Below, in pieces: positions 1 through 12,711 of a DNA stretch of 64,000 nt. Each line of letters begins with the position of its first letter. Within the stretch, counting starts at the first letter, position 1. The notes under the pieces were generated by a model that saw only the letters and a list, made by a program, of their open reading frames with translations, was not told where the DNA came from and made no database searches. Source of the DNA: Azolla caroliniana (Eukaryota; Plantae; Polypodiophyta); NCBI GenBank assembly GCA_043228905.1, contig JBHGNT010000015.1:4278001-4342000 (forward strand), written 5' to 3'. The translations under genes and the position numbers were made by a program.

Positions 1-1103
1 AACCTCAACAACATCCATCTTGCGAAAAATCCTGTATTCCACGCTCGGACCAAGCACATTGAGGTGCACTACCATTTTGTCTGCGAGCGTGTCCTTTCTG
101 GTGAAGTTGAACTAGCGTATGTTCCCACGGGTCGGCAAATTGCCGACATCTTCACCAAGCCCCTTGGTCTCGACAAGTTGCGGCATTTCTCGGGTGAGCT
201 GGGTTTGCGTCACCTCAACATGCCGAACTTGAGGGGGAGATAGGAACATGAGCGTGAAAGGAGCGGTAGTGACCGCGATGCCGAATCGGATGAAGAATTC
301 GATTTCGGGTCGGCTAAAGAAGCTGAAGAAGAAAATAGGGGCTGTAATCGCAAGGAAGAGCCGAAGACAATTGAACAAAGGGGAAATACAACCAAGAAGG
401 GCGTAAAGGTCAAGACCAAGACGTGGTTTGATGTTGTCAAGGGCCTAAAAACAGAAGACGAATTGGAGACAACCAATTTGGGCGAAAGTGGAATTGAATA
501 AGAAGTGACTGATTTAATTGAAATGTTCGATTTAGACATGTCTAATCAACTAAGGGCCGAGCGGAGGAAAGGGCAGCGGAAGAGGTGCCAATACCGCGAC
601 AACAAGGGAGTTGAGAAGGGCCACACGAGCAGACAAACCGACCGAAAGGGTCAAGGCGGGCGGAATCGAACAGGTCGAGGAGCGCGAGCGAGGCGTGAAG
701 CCAGGAGAGGCCGGAGCAAAGATCTGGAAAAGCAGATGGAACCTTAGGTTGAGCTTGAGGGGGAGTGTTGAGAGACAAGCTCAACATTGGGTGCGTAACC
801 CAGTGCGTAGACTGGGTGCGTAAAACTGTACGCAAAATATGGCCGTAGTGTGTGTAAACCAAGAGGCCGTTAGAATGTTATTCCTTGTAAGGAATAATTT
901 TGGGAGTATAAAAGATGCTCACTGAGCACGAAGTATGTACAGAGAACATACTGAGAATTATTTTTGAATATAGTTTCGTTTTATACTCTCTCTATCTCTC
1001 CCTCTCCTTCTCTATGAGTTTTGCGTTTTACCGAATTGTCATACTTCCGAACTGTATACTTTGTGTCTTTTTGCATATGGTTCCGCACATGTATTCTTGT
1101 ACA
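1..1103 (+). mobile_element. 3' end of Ty1/copia element (RNase H, C-terminal extension, PPT, 3' LTR 766-1103) inserted into a gypsy RT
   Basis: Frame 1 from base 1 reads NPVFHARTKHIEVHYHFV...QIADIFTKPL (copia RNase H). PPT GAGGGGGAG at 757-765. LTR TGTTG...TACA. Gypsy RT resumes at 1104. Confidence 0.9.
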
Positions 1104-2408
1104 GATCGGAACCTTGGTTAGCATTTTCTTTAGACAGTCATATGCATCCTGGTCAGATATCGTCCATTGAAAAGGCACTTTATGGACGATCGTATGTAAG
1201 GGTGTCACCACATCGGCCAGATACTGAATCATCCGTCTGTGCCATCTTATCTGGCCCAAGAATCAACTGAGGGCTTTGGCATTTGTCGGAGGTGGAGCAT
1301 CCATGATCACCTTTACTTTGATTGGGTCGACTGCGATACCTTCCTGACTGACTATATGCTTGAGTAGTGTACCACTTGTTACACCAAATATGCATTTAGT
1401 AGGATTTAGACCGAGTTGACCTTGTCGACATCGTTCCAAACGTAGTCAGAGATGTTCTAGATGATTGGCTTTGCTGTTGTAGACCGCAAAATCATCCAAA
1501 AATACCTGCATAAATGCTGGTATATAATCTGTAAAAATTTCTTGGATGACTCTCTGAAATGTTGCCGGAGCTATTTTCAAGCCAAATATCATCACTACCG
1601 CCATGAATACTCGTCATTTGGTGACGAACACTGTCTTTTCTTGGTCGTATCCACTAAATCCATCTAGAAAACTATAGATTTCGTAGCTTGCCACCGCATC
1701 TAGAACTCCATCAGTAAATGGTAACGGAAAACCATCTATTACCTTGGCTGCATTTAGTTTTCTGTAATTGACACACACCCTAATTTTTCTGTTTTTCTTG
1801 GGTATGATGACTATTGGACTTAACCAAGTTGCCTTTTTTATCGGACGAATGAAGCCGATCTTGACCAGTTTTTCGATTTCCTCTTTCACTTTAACTGCAT
1901 AATTCGGATTCAGCCTGTATCGACGTTGTTGCATCGGCTTCTCATCTCTATGTAGATTGATTTGATGTTGACAGAAGGCCGGATCGAGCCCCTTCATACC
2001 CTCAAACGACCATGCCAAAACATCTTTATATTGTCATAATAGGTCGGTTAACTTGACTTTATCGACTGACTCCATTTCTTTGGAGATTAGAATCGTCTTT
2101 GGTTCGGCATCCTTGTCTACTAAATTTAATTCATCTAATGCTGATGCTTGAACTCTTTGGGATACCTGCATTTCCCTTTCCATAGCTTCTTGTTGGAATC
2201 ATAATTCCTTCATAGTTTTGTTATCGACAAGTACTTCCCCTTCTTTTTCTTCCTAACCAAAATACAGTGTGAGTGTTTGCACAATATCAACTTCGAATAG
2301 TGGAATGATTTTGGGGTTGTCCTCTAAGTATTGCTCTTCCTCCTCCTCATCCAATCCCTCCAACATGTTCACTACCTCCGCATGGATTGGTAAACATTGA
2401 CGAAACGC
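1104..2408 (-). pseudogene. Degenerate Ty3/gypsy pol fragment (RT and linker) of host element C
   Basis: WLSPIVIIPKKNRKIRVCVNYRKLN, FPLPFTDGVLDAV, YSFLDGFSGY; stops and frameshifts; same family type as 25035-34040. Confidence 0.9.
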
Positions 2409-3033
2409 TGTCGTGAAGATTTTCGGCAACGGTGTGAAAATCGCGTGGAACGGACAAAATCAAGAAGGTGCAATGTGCACACATATGAAAGGAGTGATGG
2501 TTACACATGTATGTTAGCACGTTAATGTGTGTTTAGGTGTTCATTACACAAAATATAAAAACAAACCTAGGGCCTAGCGAGATTGAGTGCGTATAGAGAG
2601 GGGTGCATGCAAGATTTGAACCTTATACCTCCAATGTAAAAGAGAATTGATTTACCACTAGGACTATTATCGTACACTTTAAACTTTATGTATTTAATTT
2701 TCATATTCAAATTACATACGAAACAACAATACAAAACCGTGTGCACAAAACCATGGTTTTAAGCCAATGGTTTCGTGCATGTCACAAAGCAAAACTGTGT
2801 GCATAGAAACCATGGCTCCAAGCCCATGGTTTTGTGCATGGACAAACCTATAAAACCCCTAGTAGGGATTGTGTAAAGGGGGGCATCAATTTTCCTAATC
2901 TTTTCAAGTGTGACATTGTCTTCCTCGAGTCAAACATCTACATCATTGTCTTTTAAGGTCATCAAATGTCCTCAGTCCGAGACCCCGATGGTCCCACTCC
3001 GCACACACACGCGAACATTTTCGCGACATCATT

Positions 3034-3050
3034 TGGTGAACCCAACGTGA
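3034..3050 (+). promoter_or_regulatory. Primer-binding site complementary to tRNA-Trp 3' end (1 mismatch)
   Basis: TGGTGAACCCAACGTGA; the copy at 15278-15294 reads TGGTGAACCCGACGTGA, matching plant tRNA-Trp ...TCACGTCGGGTTCACCA as recalled. Confidence 0.8.
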
Positions 3051-3066
3051 AGAGTGGTAGGGGAGG

Positions 3067-3710
3067 ATGAAGCTGGATGAGGAATATGTCATGGAGGCAA
3101 TGTCAAAGATGATGATGGAATTTTCAAGAAAAGAGAAAAGACGAGATGCAGCCCAACAAGCCGTCGAGAGTGTGGTCGAGCGAGTCGGATGTTTCAATGG
3201 GGGTGAAGTGCAAAAATTTCTAAAGGCCTACAATGCTAAGATCGGCTTGAGAGGTGTGAATGAAGCACTAAGGCTGGAGTACTTTTGTCAAGTGGTGGCC
3301 GAACCAATCTACGAAGAGATGAAAGAGCTTCAAGAAGGTCACAATTCATGGGTTTCCTTCGAAGAAGGATTACGAGAGGCATATGGTTACAAAGAACCGA
3401 AGGGACAAAGTCTGTACAAGTTCGACCAATGGGTGTCATCAACAAAGACACCCACCAGAGTGCTATGCATGCATTCGTTGAGTTTGAGTATTGCTTCGCT
3501 CAACTCTCGGAGCGGGATCAAGGATTGGTGGGGGCGAATAAAGTCCTTATGTTCGTAAAGTCGATTGATCGGAAGGAAAGTAAGGCAATTGAAATCCATC
3601 TTAAAGATGATGATGGAGCAAATGGCCTCACCAAGGATTGGGCTGAAGTTGAAAGAGTATACCGGCGACATGACAAGAGGACGATGGGAATCTTGTCGAC
3701 ATCCTCATGA
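3067..3710 (+). pseudogene. Gag-like ORF of element A (frameshifted)
   Basis: FNGGEVQKFLKAYN...SWVSFEEGLREAYG resembles a retrotransposon capsid; continues in another frame (3285..3710); homologous to 15320-15660. Confidence 0.6.
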
Positions 3711-3780
3711 CCCATGAAGGATGATCGGAGAGGGACGACATGCGGCAACACACCACCACTAAAGGAAGAGAGCTTGAAGT

Positions 3781-6700
3781 TGTCGAATACAAGTGTATAA
3801 TGGACGTATTCACACTATCCCTTTGTATAGCTCAAGTTTGGGCCATTTGTGTAATTAGCATAAATGGTAGTTGCCCTAAGTTTGTCACTATATAAAGTGA
3901 CCTAGTAACCTTTTTGTAAGGTTGGTTGTATTATTGTTTCTATTGAATAGAAAGAGTCTTTTGTGCCTCCTCTCTCTCTCCCTCTCTATCTCTGTGCACG
4001 ATCTTGGAAACTGTCATACGCAGGTACTCAACCCCAATCGAATGCTACTTGATCTTCCGCATCGACACGGCCTTGTCTTCAACATTTGGTATCAGAGCGA
4101 GGTCCCTCAACCTGCTGTCGGCCGTCATCACAGCCTGCACAGTATTCGGCCTTTCGCTTCATCCTAGTCTGCAAAGCATTTGGTTTCTTGCGTCATTCGA
4201 AGAAACAGAGAAGAAAGTAGGCAAACACAAGCTTGAATCTCGCTGCGTTAGATCATCACTCGGAGTAAGCCAGTCGGCTGTACTCTACTTCCTTGATCGT
4301 AACTGCTTGAGGTGGGCTTCCTGCACAACGACGACTTCAAGGACAACCCCAGTTCGTGTTTCATTCGATTGGACAATAATCGGAAGGACCAGTCGGTTCC
4401 ATTGCTCTCACCATTGCAGTCAACCGAAACCGAATCGGCTTGAAGTACTGTCGGATCGTTAAATCTAGGTTCAACTCGACTAAGATAGTTGTCGGTAGTC
4501 AATCCGAACCAAATCCCCGATTCTCCGTAATCAACATCACTTGTGTCCAACTTCGGCTAGAACGACACTGAGTGGGCCAAACCGCTGCACTTCACCAAAG
4601 TTCGTAGCCGACTTAGGGCAGAGTCATGACATCAACATCCGGCTCGTCAGAAATGAGTCTACGAAAGTTCGATGGATCGAACTTCAACTTCTGGAAGGAG
4701 CAAATGCAGGACTATCTCATAGTCAAGGGGCAAATCGATCCCATCGAAAATGAAGCACCTCCAGAAGGATACAAACCAATTGAGTGGCAGAAGCTGGACA
4801 GAATCGTCCGCGCCACGATTCGGATGCACCTATCGGAATCGGTATACTTTACGGTGCAATCGTGTACGACAGCATTCGAACTGTGGAAAACACTGTCGGA
4901 CACCTACGAAAAGAAGGTCGCTGCAACGAAGATGTTTTTGATCCGGCGCCTCTACAACTTGCGGATGAAAGAATCAGATTCGGTTCAAGCACATCTCAAT
5001 GAGTACGAAAGCATAAGCTCCCAAATCTCATCTCAGGGGACGGCAATCGAGGATGAACTCAGAGCAATGATACTCATGAGCAGCCTTCCCTCATCATGGG
5101 AAACTTTCGTCACAACCGTGTGCAACGCGTCAACCACGGCTGTTAAATACTCCGAAGTCACGAGCGCAATCCTGACCGAAGCAGCTCGGAGAAAGTCTTT
5201 CGCCAAAGACTCAACAGACGACGCTTATGTAGTACAAGGTTCGACAGACCGATCGAACATACGAGGAAGAGATTCCTCATGGCAGTCGAACAATCAGCGA
5301 AGACGGAGCCAGTCACGGGATAATCGAATCTGCAACTATTGTAAGAAACCCGGACACATCAAAGCCGACTGCCGCGCACTCAAGAACAAGAACGACAAGT
5401 CTCAGAAATCAGACAAGAAGAGTGGCCGGCATGAGGAGATCAATTACGTCAGCTTCTCAGCTGATGTGCTACCAAACAACCCGAATATACTATCAATCGA
5501 AAATCCAGTCGGATCAGAAGTTCTGCTCACGACTGAAGAATCGAGCACATGGCTCTTAGATTCGGGCGCGTCATTTCACGTGACTCCTCATCGATCCCAA
5601 TTTCGGCAATATACGATCCGTCACTCCGACTCAGTTCGAGTCGGCAACTCGCAACACTGTGACATCATTGGAATCGGCACAGTAGAGCTCAACCTTGCAG
5701 GTGGCTCTACACTTGTACTTCACAATGTCCGACATGTACCCGAGCTCTCAAGGCCATTGATCTCAGTCGGACAACTAGATGAAGACGGCATTCGTGCCGG
5801 TTTTTCTTCGGGAGGGTGGACACTCCACAGGGGGAACCTCCTGCTTGCTAGAGGACCCAAGATACACTCACTGTATCCGTTACATGTTACGCTCAGAGAG
5901 GGTAACCTGTTTTTGGTGGATATTCCTGTGTCATCACTATGGCACAGAAGATTAGGACACCTCAGCAAGGCCGGCATTACGCACCTATCTAGAGCCGGAT
6001 ACATCCCTAAACTCTCCTTCTCGGACCATCAATTCTGCGAACATTGCCAGTATGGCAAACAGGCAGCCGCATCACACCCGACATCAGCACCAAGAGAAAC
6101 GAGACCTCTCGATTTAGTCCACTCGGACGTCTGTGGCCCAATGCCGCATCAGTCTCTCGGCGGTGCCTCTTACTTCGTCAGTTTTATTGACGATTCGACT
6201 TGAAAGGTGTGGGCTTATCCAATTCGCACCAAAGATCGTGTCTTCTCGATCTTCTCCGATTGGCTCGCTATGGTAGAAAATCAAACTGACCGAAAACTGA
6301 AATGCTTTCGGACCGACAATGGGGGAGAGTTCAAATCAGAAGAATTCGTCAAATTCTGCCGACAACGCGGCATCCGACGTGAATTTACGGCACCACACAG
6401 TCCGGAGCAAAACGGGATTGCAGAACGCATGAATCGGACAATCCAAGAACGGATAGTTTCCATGCTCCAACACTCCGGACTGTCGGATGGCTTCTGGGCA
6501 GAGGCTCTACTCACGGCAGTACACATAATCAATATGTCGCCAAGCAGGCCTCTAGGACTTCAAATTCCTCAGGAACTATGGATCGGCAGTAAGCCGAATT
6601 ACGACAAGCTGAGGATCTTCGGATGCGAGGCGTACGCCCTTATTCCGAAAGATGATCGCCGAAAACTTGCACCTCGGTCCAGGAAATGCATTTTCCTTGG

Positions 6701-9154
6701 ATATGGATCAGACGGCGAAATGGGATACCGACTCTGGGACCCCGAACGCAGACAAATCGTTCGAAGTTCGGACGTTGTGTTCAACGAGTCGGCTATGAAT
6801 CCATCAGTCGAAACACCGATCGAAGTCCGAAGGGTAACATTTTCCGATGTGCCGACCCTTCAAGAAGGCCCCGCTCTTAACACACGGTCAGCTTCACGGG
6901 TAGCTGAACCTTACACTACCGACTCGGACAACTCTGACTCGGCACAGCAGAATAATTCGCTCTCGGACCATCCGACCTTGATACCCGATACGACCAGTCC
7001 AATCATACCTCGACGATCCGAGAGACTGTCGCAACCTCCGGAAAGGTATTCTCCTGGAATTTTCTTCACCGACGCCGGCGAACCGACGTCTTACGAAGAA
7101 GCATCGACATCCGTCGATTCAGCCACCTGGCATCTGGCAATGGAGTCGGAAATGCACTCCATTCGGGCAAACAAGACTTGGGATCTGGTCGAATTACCTA
7201 AGAATCGACGTGCTCTTCCTTGCAAGTGGGTTTATCGACTAAAAGAGACGTCTGATTCGACCACCCCAAAGTACAAGGCCAGATTAGTTGCGAAGGGCTT
7301 CCGACAAGAATATGGCGTCGACTTTGACGAGATTTTTTCACCAGTGGTGAAAATGACAACCCTTCGTTTTCTACTCGGCGTAGTGGCAGCCGACAACTTG
7401 GAGCTGATTCAGCTAGATGTCATAACAGCCTTCCTCCATGGTGATCTTGAAGAGGAAATTTATATGGAGCAGCCAAAAGGCTTCGTGGCAACTGGCCAAG
7501 AACATCTAGTCTGCCGACTCAGGAAGAGTCTATACGGCCTCAAACAGGCACCGCGACAATGGTACAAGAAGTTCGACGACTTCATCCAATCGATCGGCTT
7601 CTCAAAAAGCGATGAGGACCATTGTCTTTTTACCAACACAGCTCAAGATGGATCACCCATCTTCGTCATCATTTACGTGGACGACATGCTAATTTCTGGA
7701 CGCCACGCGGGCGAACTTGCCGATCTCATTCGGCAATTGCGGTTGAAGTTTGCCATGAAGGACCTCGGTCCGGCAAGACACATACTTGGCATGAAGATTA
7801 GTCGGCATCGCGATAAACGACATCTTTTTTTGTCTCAGACCGACTATATCGGACGTGTCTTGGAACGCTTCAACATGCAATCAGCCAAATCTGCTTCAAC
7901 CCCGCTCCCCATGAATCTTCGGCTCTCTCAGCGAGACTGCCCGACATTCGGTCCGGAGGGGGAAGATATGAAGTCGGTACCGTATGCACCGGCAGTCGGC
8001 TCCCTTATGTACCTGATGGTCGCGACACGGCCTGATATTTCTCATGCCGTAGGAGTCGTTAGCAGATTTATGCACAATCCTGGCCGATCGCATTGGAACG
8101 CAGTCAAGCATGTGTTCAAATATCTGGCTGGCACAAAAGACCACGACATTCTTTTCGGTTCGAACTCAACCTCGGGCGTAGTCGGTTACACCGACTCGGA
8201 CTTCGCCGGCTGTATAGACAGTCGGAAATCAACAACTGGATACTGCTTCAAATTCGGCAATGGAGCAATTTCGTGGAAGTCGAAACTTCAGGAGTGCACA
8301 GCGACCTCAACGACCGAAGCAGAATATGTAGCTGCGTCCGACGCTGCAAAAGAAGCTTTGTGGCTCGGCCGGCTGGCACACACGTTTCGACAAGTCGACC
8401 ATGACTCGGCCCCAGTTGTCTATAGCGACAGTCAAGGTGCTGTTGCCTTGTCGAAAAATCCGGTTCACCACAACGCCTCCAAACATATCGACGTTCGATA
8501 TCACTTCGTTCGGGACTGCGTCATTTCAGGGAAAATCGGTCTAGAGAAAATATCCACAACCGACAATGTCGCAGATGGAATGACCAAGTGTCTTTCGGCA
8601 GACCGCTTTCGGTCCCTTCGGCATCAGATGGGCGTAACGACAAACCAGTCCGGTTAGAGCCGAACACAGCGCAGGATGGTTTCAGACAACTGACATCAGT
8701 TCCTTAATGATCGGCTTCAACTCTTCCGACCCGACCAGTCCGGCCTTCTGCCTTCAGACCCTGCCGACTCGAACAAAACTGATATGTCCGAGAACCTAGG
8801 TTTATACCTGTAATCTTAGATAACCCATGTATACGCCCATTACGGGGGAGTGTCGAATACAAGTGTATAATGGACGTATTCACACTATCCCTTTGTATAG
8901 CTCAAGTTTGGGCCATTTGTGTAATTAGCATAAATGGTAGTTGCCCTAAGTTTGTCACTATATAAAGTGACCTAGTAACCTTTTTGTAAGGTTGGTTGTA
9001 TTATTGTTTCTATTGAATAGAAAGAGTCTTTTGTGCCTCCTCTCTCTCTCCCTCTCTATCTCTGTGCACGATCTTGGAAACTGTCATACGCAGGTACTCA
9101 ACCCCAATTGAATGCTACTTGATCTTCCGCATCGACACGGCCTTGTCTTCAACA
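3781..9154 (+). mobile_element. Full-length, very young Ty1/copia element B
   Basis: 304-bp LTRs 3781-4084 and 8851-9154 differ at one base. TSD GAAGT (3776-3780 / 9155-9159). tRNA-iMet PBS TGGTATCAGAGC 4087-4098. PPT GGGGGAG before 8851. Confidence 0.98.
4626..8657 (+). pseudogene. Copia gag-pol polyprotein (gag, CCHC knuckle, protease, GAG-pre-integrase, integrase, RT, RNase H) with one in-frame TGA at 6201-6203
   Basis: CNYCKKPGHIKADC; WLLDSGASFH; LVHSDVCGP; RTDNGGEF; IYVDDMLI; YTDSDFAG; KHIDVRYHF. ORFs 4626..6203 and 6207..8657 share a frame. Confidence 0.97.
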
Positions 9155-11024
9155 GAAGTGGGGAGATAGGTCGGTACTCAACATAGAGGCCTTCGTAAAG
9201 GAGGCATATGAGAGTTTAAAGGTGCAAGTTGAGGCCAAAGAGAAGCTTATAAAGGAGCCAAAACCGAGGCTATTGGTGATCAAGGAAGAAGAGACCTCCC
9301 AAAAAATATGGATTAATGATGTGTCCAATACGAAGGCCCAAGTTCGGTACGATGGTACCATGGGAGAAGGTGCAGAACAAGTCACCTTCTCGTCTTGTGG
9401 AGAAACGACGGCCAAGGATGAGGCTGATGACTAGAAGGAGAACGCCACTTTGAGGGAGAATGAATGTTTTGGAACACGCACCGTTTTCGAAACATCGAGT
9501 GATGAAAGTGCAAGCATGAGCAAAGCTTGCTCAATCAAGAGGGTTGATCAAGAGATAGCCATCGAGAATGACGTCAAGCCGAAGAGGGTAGACAACGATC
9601 ATGAAGAGACTTTCCCCACAAAGGTTCTAGAGACATGGGCATTAACCGATGTAAGACCCAAGCGATGGAAGGTTGCGGTGAGGAAGCAAAGGTCAAAGCC
9701 GATGCGAAAAACCATAAGGTGGAAGTGGCTAAGGTTAGCATGAAAAAGGCAAAGGCAGACTACGAAATCATATGAATCCCTCCACACTCGTTCGAGAGAC
9801 TTGGGCATTAACCGATGTAAGACCGAAGAGAAGGACAATGGCGGCGAGGAAGCAAGGGTTGAAGCTGGTGTGTGCGTCAAGGAGGTGAAGCAAAGAAGAA
9901 CAATGGAAGCCGATGTGTGCGACAGAGAGATAGCCAAGGAGATGGCTATGGACAACACGACGAAGAAAAACGATGATCAAGATGATAATTCCTTCACAGA
10001 TGTTCCAGAGACTTGGGTAGTTGCATCCTAAAGACAACGTGAAACCCAAGAGCCGGAAGGCCGTGACGAGGGAAGGGTCAAAGTTGGTGTGCACTACAAA
10101 GAGGCCGAACAAAGTGTGACAAGATGATGAGGGCCAAGCATACCAAGAGGATTTGAAAGGTGTTCCTCGGGAAGTGATCACGTCTTCTAACATGAGGGAG
10201 GAGACTAGCATGAAGATCAGAGGTATGGTGATCAATTCAAACGTGAGAGTTTACCACAATGAACGGCAGAAAGAGAGGCGTGCAATATGGTATCTTAGAG
10301 ACCTCGAGGTGAGCATGTGCTTGAAGGGTCTACAACGGGTAGTCAGCATCGACATTCAGAAGAGGTCTTGTGAAGGCAAGTGATGGACGAGAAAAAATGA
10401 AGGATCTAAGTTTCTTGACCAAGGAGACTGATGGGATGAAGGCAGCACACACAAAAATTGTGAAAGGTTATGCTCAGGAGGGGCGAAGGGGGCCATGACA
10501 ACCATTCATGGCATTGCGAAGTGCAAGCGAACGATATGGTGGATTGGATGCCAATGATGGTTTGGGTGGAAAGAATGGATGTGCTCAAAATGGAGGAATA
10601 TAATTGATCACCGTAACCGAAATCTCACACTCTCTTCTTGGCACGTACCAGAGGATGTGCGGTTTGGTGGGGGTGGATGTCGTGAAGATTTTCGGCAACA
10701 ATGTGAAAATCGTGTGGAACGTACAAAATCGAGAAGGTGCAATGTGCACACGTTTGAAAGGAGTGATGGTTACACATGTATGTTAGCACGTTAATGTGCA
10801 CGCGTGATGTGTGTTTAGGTGTTCATTACACAAAATATAAAAATAAACCTAGGGCCTAGTGAGATTGAGTGCATACAAAGAGGGGTGCATGCAAGATTTG
10901 AACCTTGTACCTCCAAGGTAGAAGAGAATTGATTTACCACTAAGACTATTATCATACACTTTATGTATTTAATTTTCATGTTCAAATTACATACGAAACA
11001 ACAATACAAAACCGTGTGCATAGA

Positions 11025-12711
11025 GTTGGCTCCGACTGTTTGACTGTTCCACCGTTCGCCTTGTCAGTCGATATAGCATTTTCCTGTAGCATTCGTTGCT
11101 ATTGTTTGCCTCCTCAACCCATTCTTTAGCCATTTTTCTTACAGCCTCTTGCACTTCCCACTCCAATTGTTTACCCTTACTGCGAGTGGTTAGCTGATGT
11201 ACTTCCGGCATGACTATATTGACTGCCGGTGCTTTGCCTTTATCTTTTGTTGGACACTGATTACAATAGTGGCCATCTTTCCTGCAAATATAGCAAGTTG
11301 GCATCGCTGAGCCACTCGATTCGCCATTTTCATACTGAGGTCGACGAGCATCTTGAGGTTTGGCATTATCTCCATCTCTAGAATCATGTTGGAATTGTTG
11401 AGATCCTTTCAACTTCCGGTTATCATTGAATCGATGATTTGATTGTCAATTGTGGTCATTTTTCCTGTGATTATTGGACCTTCTATCGTCCTAATATTGA
11501 CCACCCCTATAAGGTTAGTGATTGTTGTTATCCCGTTGGGGTGAGTAATCTCAACCATAATTGTTCTGACTATCGTGCCGATAGTCGTCTTGGCGGTCAT
11601 CTTCCTGATGATATTCATCATATCGATCATTACGCTGATAGTTGTCGCGTCGATAATCATCCATGTGACCCTTATCTTTGCGGCGATCATTGCGCCGAGT
11701 ATCATTACCCCGGTCCCGATCTATACCGATCATCATATCTTGGTCGATCGTCTTCTTGTGACCGATGTGCTGACTGATTCCAATCCTCATGAAAATTCTT
11801 CTCAGGATGAATTTGTCGAACTGGCGCGGCTGTTTTGTGGAGCAAATTATACTCACATTGCTCGACCGAATGAGCCTTGCAATGGCAGATTGTACAATGT
11901 GTACACGTAAACTGCATTCCATCATCGTTTGCCCTGTGTTGAGACAAATGGTACATTGCACCGCTTGTCGGAACCTTAACCCCTCTAATGTAGGTAAATT
12001 TCTATGCAATGCTGACATATTCATACTATTATTATTGTGAGTACGATCCATTGCCAAAGCTTTGTCCATCACTTGCTTCAGTGATTGATTTCGAAAATCG
12101 AGTAACGCGAGAGTTGTTCGGAGAGGCTCACATATTGCTTCCAAGAAGATATCCTTTAGTTCTTCTTCTGGAATTGGGCACGAAATTTGGAGTCACAGAT
12201 TTTGAAACCTAATCACGAATTGTGACACCATTTCTTGAGGCTGATGATACACCACATAAAATTGGCTAATAAGATCCTTATGTGGGATCTGCCAATGAAA
12301 TAATTGCCATAAACTTTGCAGATAATTGTTTGAATGAGTCGAACGCCTTTGGCCCGTTCTGGGCATACCAATTCGCCAATGGTCAGTCGAGTGATAATAG
12401 CACTCAACGATTTTAGATTTTTCTTCGGCATCAACCGACAATCGATGTGCCACATGGTTCATTTCCCATGTCGTCAGAAAGTCACGCACATGCACTTCCA
12501 CATTGGCTCCCTCCTGATACTTTGAGTAAGGGTTCGACATTGTATCCTCCTGCTTGATCAAACTTCTCCTTGCTCGAGTTTCTATCTGTTAGATCAGAAA
12601 TTTCACTCCACTCCCTTTCAACTTCTTGTTGTCCATCTGGTTAAGAATTTTCGAACCTTCCGCAATCCCACCTTCTCCACTTTGTGTTTCCGACCTTGTG
12701 CGTGGTCTTTT
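11025..12711 (-). pseudogene. Degenerate gypsy gag region of host element C
   Basis: CYICRKDGHYCNQC knuckle; FRQAVQCTIC and QFVIRFQNL match the gag of element F; resumes after copia D at 23475. Confidence 0.8.

Larger units (their letters stand above)
2409..11024 (+). mobile_element. Gag-only (non-autonomous) LTR retrotransposon A; 5' LTR 2409-3028, truncated 3' LTR 10678-~11024; interrupted by copia B
   Basis: Both LTRs start TGTCGTGAAGATTTTCGGCAAC and align for ~350 bp. 5' LTR ends GCGACA. PBS TGGTGAACCCAACGTGA at 3034-3050. Purine-rich tract before 10678. No pol motifs internally. Confidence 0.85.
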
